Of a DNA stretch of 64,000 nt, positions 7,043 to 15,195 are shown piece after piece. Source of the stretch: Enterobacteria phage vB_EcoM_IME338. The notes beneath the pieces are model-generated. The model ran no database searches and was not told the origin of the DNA. It saw nothing but the letters and a program-made list of their open reading frames with translations. The stretch is taken from the sequence record MH051914; one strand, 5' to 3'. Position 1 is the first letter of the stretch. Each line of letters opens with the position of its first letter. The translations under genes and the position numbers were made by a program.

Positions 7043-7063
7043 AAGACCAATTTAGGTCTTTTT
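7043..7063 (+). terminator. hairpin plus short T-run inside tRNA array (terminator or processing site)
   Basis: aagacc-aattta-ggtctt followed by ttt. Confidence 0.35.
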
Positions 7064-7142
7064 AGAGGGCTTCTAAGGTTATTACAGCTTGTTGTGGAAC
7101 CTTGTTGCTTAGGTTCTTAGAAGTTCTCTAAAAAGATTTAAT

Positions 7143-7219
7143 GCACCTATAGCCCAACTGGTAGAGGCAGCAGACTTAGAATCTGCTCAGTGTGAGTTCG
7201 AATCTCTCTAGGTGTACCA
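7143..7219 (+). tRNA. tRNA-Leu (anticodon TAG), class I-like short variable arm
   Basis: Acceptor gcaccta/taggtgt, anticodon stem gcaga/tctgc loop cttagaa, 5-nt variable loop, TTCGAAT T-loop, A73, CCA. Confidence 0.55.
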
Positions 7220-7226
7220 AATTAAT

Positions 7227-7302
7227 GCAGGTGTAGCAAAATGGTTATGCGGCTGACTCTTAATCAGTAAGACGATGGGTTCAATTCCCTCCACCTGTAC
7301 CA
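7227..7302 (+). tRNA. tRNA-Lys (anticodon CTT)
   Basis: Acceptor gcaggtg/cacctgt, anticodon stem gctga/tcagt loop ctcttaa, TTCAATT T-loop, CCA. Confidence 0.7.
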
Positions 7303-7308
7303 AACATT

Positions 7309-7384
7309 GGGGTCATAGTTTATATGGTTAAAATTCGAGTTTTGCAAACTTGGGAACTGAGTTCAATTCTCAGTGACTCCACCA
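7309..7384 (+). tRNA. tRNA-Ala (anticodon TGC)
   Basis: Acceptor ggggtca/tgactcc, D-stem gttt/aaat, anticodon stem cgagt/acttg loop tttgcaa, T-arm ctgag-TTCAATT-ctcag, CCA. Confidence 0.65.
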
Positions 7385-7390
7385 ATTAGT

Positions 7391-7465
7391 GCATCCATAG
7401 TTTAAACGGGAAAATTACAGTCTTCCAAACTGAGGTTGAGGGTTCGATTCCCTCTGGATGCTCCA
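7391..7465 (+). tRNA. tRNA-Gly (anticodon TCC)
   Basis: Acceptor gcatcca/tggatgc, anticodon loop cttccaa, T-arm gaggg-TTCGATT-ccctc, CCA. Confidence 0.7.
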
Positions 7466-7472
7466 AATTAAT

Positions 7473-7549
7473 GCTGCTTTCGTATAATTGGCTATTACAC
7501 ATCCCTTGTAAGGATGGAAATGCAGGTTCGAGTCCTGTGAGCAGCACCA
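7473..7549 (+). tRNA. tRNA-Thr (anticodon TGT)
   Basis: Acceptor gctgctt/gagcagc, anticodon stem catcc/ggatg loop cttgtaa, T-arm gcagg-TTCGAGT-cctgt, CCA. Confidence 0.7.
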
Positions 7550-7553
7550 ATTC

Positions 7554-7640
7554 AGAGGTCAAGTGAAAGACCGCTGGTGTCAACTGAAGACCGTAACAAA
7601 TTCCACGGAGTTGAGTTAGCGGCACAACTTCAGACCTCTT
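7554..7640 (+). repeat. inter-tRNA hairpin element, variant copy (CAGAGGTC...GACCTCT)
   Basis: 5' agaggtc pairs with 3' gacctct enclosing about 70 nt; same architecture as CAGAAGACC...GGTCTGG elements. Confidence 0.5.
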
Positions 7641-7644
7641 TCAT

Positions 7645-7719
7645 ACTCGCTTAGTTTATATGGTAAAACACCACCCTTACAAGATGAAGAAAAAGGTTCA
7701 AGTCCTTTAGTGAGTACCA
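7645..7719 (+). tRNA. tRNA-Val (anticodon TAC), weak anticodon stem; possible pseudo-tRNA
   Basis: Acceptor actcgct/agtgagt, D-stem gttt/aaac, loop cttacaa but anticodon stem only 3/5 paired, T-arm aaagg-TTCAAGT-ccttt, CCA. Confidence 0.35.
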
Positions 7720-7720
7720 T

Positions 7721-7799
7721 GTTCCAGTATCCCAATTGGCAGAGAGGCCAGACTTAAAATCTGTGTTATGTATCGGTTCGAATCCGATATGGAGTACCA
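7721..7799 (+). tRNA. tRNA-Leu (anticodon TAA), short variable arm
   Basis: Acceptor gttccag/atggagt (6/7 with wobbles), anticodon loop cttaaaa, T-arm atcgg-TTCGAAT-ccgat, A73, CCA. Confidence 0.5.
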
Positions 7800-7804
7800 A
7801 ATTT

Positions 7805-7880
7805 AGCGGTATAGCATAACTGGCAATGCAACAGTCTCTGAAGCTGTCTTATTAAGGTTCAAATCCTTATGCCGCTGCCA
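7805..7880 (+). tRNA. tRNA-Gln (anticodon CTG)
   Basis: Acceptor agcggta/tgccgct, anticodon stem acagt/gctgt loop ctctgaa, T-arm taagg-TTCAAAT-cctta, CCA. Confidence 0.7.
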
Positions 7881-7911
7881 CTTCTAAGGATTCTTACGAG
7901 AGTCCTTAAAT

Positions 7912-7987
7912 GTGGCCTTATCATAAATGGTAATAACCCATGCTGTGAACATGGTCTATACGGGTTCAAATCCCGTAGGTCACCCCA
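7912..7987 (+). tRNA. tRNA-His (anticodon GTG)
   Basis: Acceptor gtggcct/aggtcac, anticodon stem ccatg/catgg loop ctgtgaa, T-arm acggg-TTCAAAT-cccgt, CCA. Confidence 0.65.
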
Positions 7988-7992
7988 ATTTA

Positions 7993-8069
7993 TAGTCCAA
8001 GTAGCTTATATGGTTAAAGCGCGTGTCTGAAAAACATGAGAAGAGGGTTCAAATCCCACTGGACTACCA
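7993..8069 (+). tRNA. tRNA-Phe (anticodon GAA)
   Basis: Acceptor tagtcca/tggacta, anticodon stem cgtgt/acatg loop ctgaaaa, TTCAAAT T-loop; 3' end register uncertain by 1-2 nt. Confidence 0.6.
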
Positions 8070-8085
8070 ATTTCAAAGGTGCTTA

Positions 8086-8820
8086 ATGAAAGAGATGACA
8101 GAACAAGGTAAGGAGATTTTTAATCTCTTAAAAACCGGTAGAGGGTTTTCTAATCCCCTTATTACTGGTGCAGCAGTTCTCGGTGGAACCGTAGCTGCCT
8201 CTACATCACTTATAAGCTCTATTAGCTCTGTAACAGACCCTACAATAAAGGATAAACTTGTTGCTGCTGGACTGACAACAGTTCTGCTTAACAGCTTTAC
8301 AACGAGCCTGACAAGCACTACATCAACCACTAAGACATTGACAGACTACGGTCAAAAGTCTATTGATGAGTTTTCATCACGTATGCAGGTAGCAAAAGGC
8401 TATTCTAATGTTATGGGTGCAGCAGGAGAGCAAGTTGGTTGTACACCATTTAGTGGTATTATGGGTGTTGCTACAGAGTATGGTCAAAAAGCTATTGACA
8501 CAATTAACAGTGCACTAGATGGTGTTAATGATGTATTAAGCGACTTACAAGATGCTATTGATAAAGGTCTTGATACTATTTCTGATTTAGCTAACCAAGC
8601 TGTTAGCAAGATTAATGAAGGTATCTCAAAGATTACAGCTTATGCAGATGAAGTTGTGCAGATGATTGAAGAAGAAGCTGCCCTTATTGCAGAGTACCTT
8701 AAAACGAATATCAATGGGTTCTTAGCAGGTATCTTACCAGACTGGTTTGACGATGCTTGTAAAACTGGTGTAATTGATACTATTGCAACACCAGAAATGA
8801 AGAACGCATTACAGAAATAA
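8086..8820 (+). CDS. hypothetical Ser/Thr-rich protein with one hydrophobic segment, embedded between tRNA genes
   Basis: ORF 8023..8820 trimmed to ATG 8086 because upstream part overlaps tRNA-Phe; hydrophobic stretch PLITGAAVLGGTVAASTSLI. Confidence 0.5.
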   Translation: MKEMTEQGKEIFNLLKTGRGFSNPLITGAAVLGGTVAASTSLISSISSVTDPTIKDKLVAAGLTTVLLNSFTTSLTSTTSTTKTLTDYGQKSIDEFSSRMQVAKGYSNVMGAAGEQVGCTPFSGIMGVATEYGQKAIDTINSALDGVNDVLSDLQDAIDKGLDTISDLANQAVSKINEGISKITAYADEVVQMIEEEAALIAEYLKTNINGFLAGILPDWFDDACKTGVIDTIATPEMKNALQK

Positions 8821-8821
8821 T

Positions 8822-8914
8822 GGAAGATTAACCCTAAAAGGTAAGGGAGCAGTTTGCTAAACTGCCAGTAGCTGAGAAATCGGTGTACCAGTTCAAGTCT
8901 GGTATCTTCCTCCA
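8822..8914 (+). tRNA. tRNA-Ser (anticodon GCT), long variable arm
   Basis: Acceptor ggaagat/atcttcc, anticodon stem gcagt/actgc loop ttgctaa, long variable arm, T-arm accag-TTCAAGT-ctggt, CCA. Confidence 0.7.
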
Positions 8915-8918
8915 ATTT

Positions 8919-8994
8919 GAATCCGTGACAGAAATGGATATGTGCCTGTCTGCAAAACAGGTTTATAAGGGTTCGAGTCCCTTCGGATTCTCCA
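8919..8994 (+). tRNA. tRNA-Cys (anticodon GCA)
   Basis: Acceptor gaatccg/cggattc, anticodon stem cctgt/acagg loop ctgcaaa, T-arm aaggg-TTCGAGT-ccctt, CCA. Confidence 0.7.
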
Positions 8995-9031
8995 AGTTAT
9001 TTTACTCTCTCTCAATTAAAATAATAATAAT

Positions 9032-9091
9032 GCCCTGCTATAAGTATTCTTCCTTTCGCTACCGAAGAGTATTTTTAGACAGGGCTTTTTT
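9032..9091 (+). terminator. rho-independent terminator ending tRNA operon
   Basis: Long hairpin gccctg...cagggc (9032-9085) followed by TTTTTT. Confidence 0.6.
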
Positions 9092-9156
9092 ACAGAGTTA
9101 TACTTTATAAGAAGACTTATACAGTATGTCTCTGACGTACATTGTGGTTTCTCCTT

Positions 9157-9180
9157 GACGGTCTCTGTACCGTCTTTTTT
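9157..9180 (+). terminator. rho-independent terminator
   Basis: gacggt-ctctgt-accgtc hairpin followed by TTTTTT. Confidence 0.65.
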
Positions 9181-9216
9181 AAGGAGAAACATGGTTAATT
9201 ATTTGGAGAAAACATA

Positions 9217-9417
9217 ATGAGCGAGACCGTTTATAAAGAACTTTATGAAGCTAATAAGAAGCTAGAATTTATGCAGAACACTATCATGGCAATTGCAGAC
9301 AGATTGTCTGTAGCAACAGGTATTGATATTAAAGAGGCATCTATGGATGCACTTCTTGATGCTGTTGATGCAAAGTTCGAAGTTAAGAAAGAAGAGACTG
9401 CTACAGACTCTGAATAA
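9217..9417 (+). CDS. hypothetical small acidic protein upstream of large terminase
   Basis: 66 aa; GGAGAAAACA RBS before ATG. Confidence 0.45.
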   Translation: MSETVYKELYEANKKLEFMQNTIMAIADRLSVATGIDIKEASMDALLDAVDAKFEVKKEETATDSE

Positions 9418-9438
9418 TTCTATTTGCGGAGGCGCTTA

Positions 9439-11040
9439 ATGGACTTAAATGCTGTTAAGCAGAAGCGAGTGGAAGATGTTAGGAAAGTCCTAGCTGGAGA
9501 GTTGGGGCTTTCTGATGAAGTAAAAGAAATTATCAAATCATTCGGTAAAGACCCCTCTAAATTCCTTCCAACTCAAATTCTGACTTTATTAAGATACACA
9601 CCAGACCAAGTTCGCCTCATCTTTAAATTGATGACTGATAAGAACTATGTAGCCCCTCAACCGGGTTCTCAAGAGGTGTTTTTAAATACTAATGCTGACT
9701 TGGTTTTATATGGTGGTGCTGCTGGTGCTGGTAAAACTGCTGCATTGTTAATGGACTCTTTAAGGTTTATTGAAGACCCTAACTATAATGCTGTATATTT
9801 CCGTCGAAATACAACACAGTTACAAGGTGGTTTATGGCCTGCTGCAAAGAAACTATTTGGTAAGTTTGGTGGGGTTCCTCACGAGCAGAAGATGACTATC
9901 ACATTCCCTTCTGGGGCAACTATCAAGTTCACCTACCTAGAACTTGAAAAGCACGCTGAAGGTCATCAGGGTATTGAATACTCAGCTATTTACTTTGACG
10001 AAGGTACACACTTCTCAGCTTCACAGATTTCATACCTACAGACTCGTCTACGTTCCGGTGCTGAAGGTGATTCATACATGAAGATTTCTATGAACCCAGA
10101 TAGAGACCACTTCATTTATGATTGGGTAGAGCCATTCTTAGATGAAGAAGGTTATCCAGACCCTGAGAAATGTGGTCGTATTCGTTGGTATGTTATGAAT
10201 GATGGTGTGATGGTTTCTGATTGGGAGAGAGACAAGATTCTTGAAATGTTCCCTCTTGAGATTCCTCAGACATACACCTTCATCTCTGGTACGATTGATG
10301 ATAACCCAATTCTTGACTTCTTAGAACCTAAATATCGTGGTAAGTTGGAAAACAACACACCTGTAAACGTTGCAAGACTTCGTTTCGGTAACTGGAAGGC
10401 TCGTGCAGAAGGTTCAAACTATTGGCAAAGACAATGGTGTGAGATTGTTGATTCACTACCAGAAGATGTTTTTGATGTCAGAGCATGGGACTTAGCAGCG
10501 ACTTTACCATCTGAAATTAACCCTAACCCAGACTGGACAGCGGGTGTTAAGATGGGTAAATCTAAAAAAGACGGTTGCTATTATATCATTGATGTAGTAA
10601 GATTTAGAGATAGACCCTCTGGAGTCGAAACACAAATTAATTTGACTGCTGAAAGTGACGGTAAGCGAACTGGTATTTTTATCCCTCAAGACCCAGGCGC
10701 TGCTGGTAAATCCTATGCAACATCCCTCATCAGGAAACTTGCCGAGAAAGGTTATCGCGCAAGAGCTAAACCCACAAATAAAGATAAAGTTACCCGCTTT
10801 GCGGGATTTTCTGCTGCTTCTGAAGCTGGACTTGTAAAAGTCTTGAGAGGTAGTTGGAACGAAGCTTACTTCCAAGAACTTGAAGGTTTTTGTGGTGATG
10901 GCAAAACTAAAGATGACCAAGTGGATGCTACCAGTGATGCTTTCAACAGTCTTAATGAAGTTAAATTATTCAAGCCACCATCAATGGGTGCTCACACAGA
11001 CTTAGTGAGAGGAAACCCATATGAGGGGCTTAGACGTTGA
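9439..11040 (+). CDS. terL: terminase large subunit
   Basis: Walker A VLYGGAAGAGKTAAL, Walker B-like IYFDEGTH, C-terminal nuclease-like region; start set to ATG 9439 after GGAGG RBS. Confidence 0.9.
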   Translation: MDLNAVKQKRVEDVRKVLAGELGLSDEVKEIIKSFGKDPSKFLPTQILTLLRYTPDQVRLIFKLMTDKNYVAPQPGSQEVFLNTNADLVLYGGAAGAGKTAALLMDSLRFIEDPNYNAVYFRRNTTQLQGGLWPAAKKLFGKFGGVPHEQKMTITFPSGATIKFTYLELEKHAEGHQGIEYSAIYFDEGTHFSASQISYLQTRLRSGAEGDSYMKISMNPDRDHFIYDWVEPFLDEEGYPDPEKCGRIRWYVMNDGVMVSDWERDKILEMFPLEIPQTYTFISGTIDDNPILDFLEPKYRGKLENNTPVNVARLRFGNWKARAEGSNYWQRQWCEIVDSLPEDVFDVRAWDLAATLPSEINPNPDWTAGVKMGKSKKDGCYYIIDVVRFRDRPSGVETQINLTAESDGKRTGIFIPQDPGAAGKSYATSLIRKLAEKGYRARAKPTNKDKVTRFAGFSAASEAGLVKVLRGSWNEAYFQELEGFCGDGKTKDDQVDATSDAFNSLNEVKLFKPPSMGAHTDLVRGNPYEGLRR

Positions 11041-11056
11041 TAGCTAGGTGAGAAGA

Positions 11057-12583
11057 ATGGCAGAAATTACAGAAACACAAGAAAGCTTACCACCATTTAG
11101 AATGGGTGAAGTAGGTTCTTTGGGTCTGAAGGTTAAGAATGGTAGAATCTATGAAGAACCTCGTCAGGCACTAAGGTTCCCTGAAAGTATTAAAACTTTC
11201 CAATTAATGATGCGTGACCCTGCTGTAGCAGCATCTGTAAATATTATTAAGATGTTTGTCAGAAAAGTCAACTGGAGATTCGTACCTCCAAAGGGAAAAG
11301 AGCAAGACCCTAAAATGCTTGAAAGAGCAGACTTCTTTAATTCTTTAATGGATGACATGGAGCATGATTGGGCAGATTTTATTAACTCTGTAATGTCATT
11401 CTGCACTTATGGATTCTGTGTTAACGAAAAGGTTTATAAGAAACGTCAGGGTAAAAAAGGAAAGTACCAGTCAAAATTTGATGATGGTCTAATTGGGTGG
11501 GCTAAATTACCAATCAGAAATCAATCAACGCTTGATAAGTGGTATTTTGACGAAGACTTTAGAAAAGTTACTGGTGTAAGACAGAATCTGAGAAATGTTT
11601 CACATATTGCTGGAGCAATTAATCTTGGAGAAAGACCACTAACAAGAAAACTCCCACGAGCTAAGTTCATGCTGTTTAAGTATGATGATGAGTATGGTAA
11701 CCCAGAAGGTCGTTCACCAGCTAAGTTCATGCTGTTTAAGTATGATGATGAGTATGGTAACCCAGAAGGTCGTTCACCATTACTTAATGCTTATGTACCG
11801 TGGAAGTATAAAGTACAGATTGAAGAGTATGAAGCTGTTGGTGTTTCAAGAGACTTGGTAGGTATGCCAAAGATTGGTTTACCACCAGATTATCTGGATG
11901 AAAATGCAGAACCTGAAAAGAAAGCTTTCGTACAATACTGCAAAACTGTTGTTAATGATATGATTGCTAACGACAGAGCAGGTTTAATCTGGCCTAGATA
12001 TATCGACCCAGATACTAAAGAGGATATTTTCGAGTTCTCATTAGTTTCTAGACAGGGTGCTAAAGCATATGACACAGGCTCTATTATTGACAGGTATTCT
12101 AAGCAGATTATGATGGCATTTATGTCAGATGTTCTTGCTATGGGTCAATCAAAATATGGTTCATTCTCTCTTGCAGATTCTAAGACAAGCTTATTAGCAA
12201 TGTCAGTAGACATTCTGCTGAAGCAAATTAAGAACGTAATCAACCGCGACTTAGTTGCACAGACTTATGCTCTTAATATGTGGGATGATGAAGAACATGT
12301 GCAAATCACATATGATGATATCGAAACTCCAGACCTTGAAGTAATTGGTTCTTACATTCAGAAGACTGTTGCAGTAGGTGCTTTGGAAGTTGACAAAGAG
12401 CTATCTAATAAACTTAGAGAGCATATTGGTCTTCCTCCTGCTGATGAGTCTCAGCCAGTATCTGAAAAGCTTTCTCCAAATAGCCAAAGCCGTTCAGGAG
12501 ATGGTTATAAGACCGCTGGAGAAGGTACTGCAAAGACACCTTCAGCGAAAGACCCAAGCACAGCAAATAAGGCAAATAAATAA
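11057..12583 (+). CDS. portal protein (putative), contains in-frame 60-bp tandem duplication
   Basis: About 508 aa immediately downstream of terL; position and size typical of portal; start set to ATG 11057. Confidence 0.55.
   Translation: MAEITETQESLPPFRMGEVGSLGLKVKNGRIYEEPRQALRFPESIKTFQLMMRDPAVAASVNIIKMFVRKVNWRFVPPKGKEQDPKMLERADFFNSLMDDMEHDWADFINSVMSFCTYGFCVNEKVYKKRQGKKGKYQSKFDDGLIGWAKLPIRNQSTLDKWYFDEDFRKVTGVRQNLRNVSHIAGAINLGERPLTRKLPRAKFMLFKYDDEYGNPEGRSPAKFMLFKYDDEYGNPEGRSPLLNAYVPWKYKVQIEEYEAVGVSRDLVGMPKIGLPPDYLDENAEPEKKAFVQYCKTVVNDMIANDRAGLIWPRYIDPDTKEDIFEFSLVSRQGAKAYDTGSIIDRYSKQIMMAFMSDVLAMGQSKYGSFSLADSKTSLLAMSVDILLKQIKNVINRDLVAQTYALNMWDDEEHVQITYDDIETPDLEVIGSYIQKTVAVGALEVDKELSNKLREHIGLPPADESQPVSEKLSPNSQSRSGDGYKTAGEGTAKTPSAKDPSTANKANK
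11661..11780 (+). repeat. perfect 60-bp direct tandem duplication, in frame within portal gene
   Basis: ctaagttcatgctgtttaagtatgatgatgagtatggtaacccagaaggtcgttcacca occurs twice back to back (59/60 identical), duplicating AKFMLFKYDDEYGNPEGRSP. Confidence 0.95.
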
Positions 12584-13083
12584 TGGCTGAAGTTATCTCT
12601 ATTTCAAATGCTACACGGGTGCATTCGTATAGAGGTGTCCTTATCATCACTGATAAGTTATCTGTAGAGGCTGGCTCAAGGGTCAGCCTTTCAGGTTATG
12701 TTAGTGATGGTGGAGCCTCTGACGTTTTCACTATTTGCAGGTTACTTGATGCACCAATGAGTGGAAAACCGTTTATTTCAGGAAATTGTAGTGAAATTGT
12801 TAAAATTCCATTTGACAGTTCATGCCTTTTGGGTGTAAAGTTATATAACTGCGAGAATAAACGTATCAATGTTAAAAGCATTGAAGCCGCTTTCATTACC
12901 CTCGACACTGCATTTCAATCTCCAATGACAGTTAATAAAGAAACAAACAGACTTGAATACATTTTTTCACAAAATGATTACAAAGTACTTGTCAAAGGTA
13001 AAGTATATGATATGATTGTAAATGTGGTAGATGAATCTGGTAACCATTCAACAGTCCTTAAACAAAAAGTAAGGTTTAATTAA
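12583..13083 (+). CDS. hypothetical structural-module protein
   Basis: 166 aa ORF, start overlaps portal stop (ATAATGG). Confidence 0.5.
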   Translation: MAEVISISNATRVHSYRGVLIITDKLSVEAGSRVSLSGYVSDGGASDVFTICRLLDAPMSGKPFISGNCSEIVKIPFDSSCLLGVKLYNCENKRINVKSIEAAFITLDTAFQSPMTVNKETNRLEYIFSQNDYKVLVKGKVYDMIVNVVDESGNHSTVLKQKVRFN

Positions 13084-13415
13084 TGGGAACATTAACTATT
13101 GATGGTAAGAATAAAATCCTCGCCACGCTAACCCCAACGACTATTATTTTACACAATGTAGACCCAACGGCAGACCCTACAGCAAATAAGGTTACTCAGC
13201 CAGTGGCTATTTATTTTTCTGAACCGGATAATGGCTTAATTGCCTCAGAAGACACAGTTAACATTACTGTCCCAGCTTCTGCAACGGTCTCACACTATAG
13301 CTTGTGGGATACTAACGATAAATGCGTGGCAACTGGTGCTCTTAGTAAACCTCAATTCTTTGCTGAAGAAGGTATCTATGTTATCTCTTCAGTCTCTGTA
13401 GATTTAAACAAATAG
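13083..13415 (+). CDS. hypothetical structural-module protein
   Basis: 110 aa ORF, TAATGG overlap with upstream gene. Confidence 0.5.
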   Translation: MGTLTIDGKNKILATLTPTTIILHNVDPTADPTANKVTQPVAIYFSEPDNGLIASEDTVNITVPASATVSHYSLWDTNDKCVATGALSKPQFFAEEGIYVISSVSVDLNK

Positions 13416-13426
13416 GGTGAGTAAAA

Positions 13427-14773
13427 ATGAGTTCGAATATCTTCAGACTTGCTGATAGATTATTCAACCAACCTTTACTAGCCACTGAATCATTAGCTCA
13501 CTCAGCAGCAACTTATGTGAATAACAGATTGCTGGGTGATGTCCAAGCAGCAGTAAACTTTGATAAGCCCAAAGGTGACGCAAGAAGTCTTTTAAAAGTA
13601 AGAGATGATATTGCTATTATCCCTATTATGGGTGGTTTAACTCATCGTATGACATTCATTGATGCAATGTGTACAGGTGGTTTAAGCTCTTATGAAGGTT
13701 TACGCAGAGGCTTTGACGAAGCTTTAGCAGATGAGTCAATCAAGACTATTGTTCTGCACATTGATTCTGGTGGTGGTGAAGCTTCAGGTTGCTTTGAATT
13801 AGCACGTCACATTATGGCTTCAAGAGGCCAAAAGAAAATTATTGCTTATGTAGATGAGTTCGCTTGTTCCGCTGCATATGCTCTTGCATCTTCTGCTGAA
13901 GAAATTATTGCGTCACCAGATGCAGATGTTGGTTCTATTGGTGTAATCATGGTTCATCAGGAATTAACTAAGGCGTTTGAAAAGAATGGCGTAACAATTA
14001 ACGTCATCAAAGCTGGTGAGTTTAAAGGTATGGGTTCACCATTCCAAGCACTTTCAGAAGAAAGCAAAGAAAGACTTCAAAAGAGAATTAATGATACCTA
14101 CGCAACTTTTACAGGTTTTGTAGCTGAATCTCGTAATCTCTCTGAAGAAGCTGTAAAGAATACTGAGGCGAATGTTTATTCTGCTCAGGAAGCTCTTGAA
14201 CTTGGTTTAATTAACTCAATCATGTCTCAAGATGATTTCTTAAATTACTTACAAGGTTCTGAAGAGGCTCCTGTAAGTTTAAACGTTAACAATTCAGGTG
14301 AAGAAATGACTGAACAAGAAAAGCAAGAACTAGAAGCTTTGCGTCTTCAGGTTGCTCAAATGAAAGCTAAAGAACAGGAAGCTGCTTTGTCAGATTTGAC
14401 TAATAAGATTTCTGCTTCTGCTGAGGCTTTTGGATTTGATGCAAAAGAAGCTGCAACGACTATTTTAGGTGCTGGTCTTGATAACCCTCTGAGTGTTCTG
14501 TTTATGAATGCTATGGAAGGTGCTAACCAGAAACTTAATGAAACTATCGCATCACATGCTTCTGCAATGGAAGAAAAAGAATCAGAAATTACCAAGCTGA
14601 AAGAAACTGCTGGTGCTGTTCTTGAACATTCCAACGCTATGGAAGAAATGGGTAATGACGGCGAAGCTGATTTGGTTGAAGAAGAAAAAGAACCAGCTAA
14701 GAATGCTTCCGAAGACACCGCTGAACAACGCAAACTGGCTCTCCAGAATGCTCTAAAATCTCTTATCAAATAA
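13427..14773 (+). CDS. prohead protease (S49/SppA-like) fused to coiled-coil scaffold-like C-terminus
   Basis: IVLHIDSGGGEASG and FACSAAYALA serine-protease motifs; C-terminal EQEKQELEALRLQVAQMKAKEQEAA coiled coil. Confidence 0.75.
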   Translation: MSSNIFRLADRLFNQPLLATESLAHSAATYVNNRLLGDVQAAVNFDKPKGDARSLLKVRDDIAIIPIMGGLTHRMTFIDAMCTGGLSSYEGLRRGFDEALADESIKTIVLHIDSGGGEASGCFELARHIMASRGQKKIIAYVDEFACSAAYALASSAEEIIASPDADVGSIGVIMVHQELTKAFEKNGVTINVIKAGEFKGMGSPFQALSEESKERLQKRINDTYATFTGFVAESRNLSEEAVKNTEANVYSAQEALELGLINSIMSQDDFLNYLQGSEEAPVSLNVNNSGEEMTEQEKQELEALRLQVAQMKAKEQEAALSDLTNKISASAEAFGFDAKEAATTILGAGLDNPLSVLFMNAMEGANQKLNETIASHASAMEEKESEITKLKETAGAVLEHSNAMEEMGNDGEADLVEEEKEPAKNASEDTAEQRKLALQNALKSLIK

Positions 14774-14784
14774 GGAACACAATA

Positions 14785-15162
14785 ATGGCATATCAAGGTT
14801 TTACTAAGTTAGGTAACAGAGAACCTCTGAATGATATCATTCTTTGGGAACAGATTACCCCAACAGGCCACTCTCGTAAAGAGTACACCCCACAGGCATC
14901 TACAGAATATCGTGTAGGTGAGGTTCTGAAAGCAGATGGTACTAAGGTTACAGCAGGGCAAGAGGCTCAGGCTGATTCAGTATGTATCGTTAACTTTTAT
15001 GCAGACCTGCAACTGTCTTATCATGGTCAGTTGAAAGTTGTTGGTATTTACCGCGACGCAGAACTGAAAGACATGCTTACTCTTGAGTCTGGTGTTAATG
15101 CTGAGAACGTCAAGAAAGCTCTGGCTGCTAAAGGTATTGATTTCGTACCAACTGGCCTGTAA
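14785..15162 (+). CDS. hypothetical protein (possible head decoration protein)
   Basis: 125 aa between protease and capsid gene; position only. Confidence 0.4.
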   Translation: MAYQGFTKLGNREPLNDIILWEQITPTGHSRKEYTPQASTEYRVGEVLKADGTKVTAGQEAQADSVCIVNFYADLQLSYHGQLKVVGIYRDAELKDMLTLESGVNAENVKKALAAKGIDFVPTGL

Positions 15163-15195
15163 TAACAATAATAAGACATTCTGGAGAATTTTACA

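Noticed and set aside
7386-7625. 79-aa minus-strand ORF
   Set aside because: Antisense to tRNA-Gly and tRNA-Thr and a repeat element.
8023-8085. 5' extension of ORF 8023..8820
   Set aside because: Would overlap tRNA-Phe; start moved to in-frame ATG at 8086.
9424-9438. Upstream alternative start of terL (MRRRLM...)
   Set aside because: Non-ATG start without RBS; ATG at 9439 is preceded by GGAGG.
10504-10920. 138-aa antisense ORF within terL
   Set aside because: Antisense to a well-supported gene with conserved motifs.
14356-14796. 146-aa minus-strand ORF overlapping protease/scaffold gene
   Set aside because: Antisense to coiled-coil-encoding region; Ala/Ser-rich low-complexity product.
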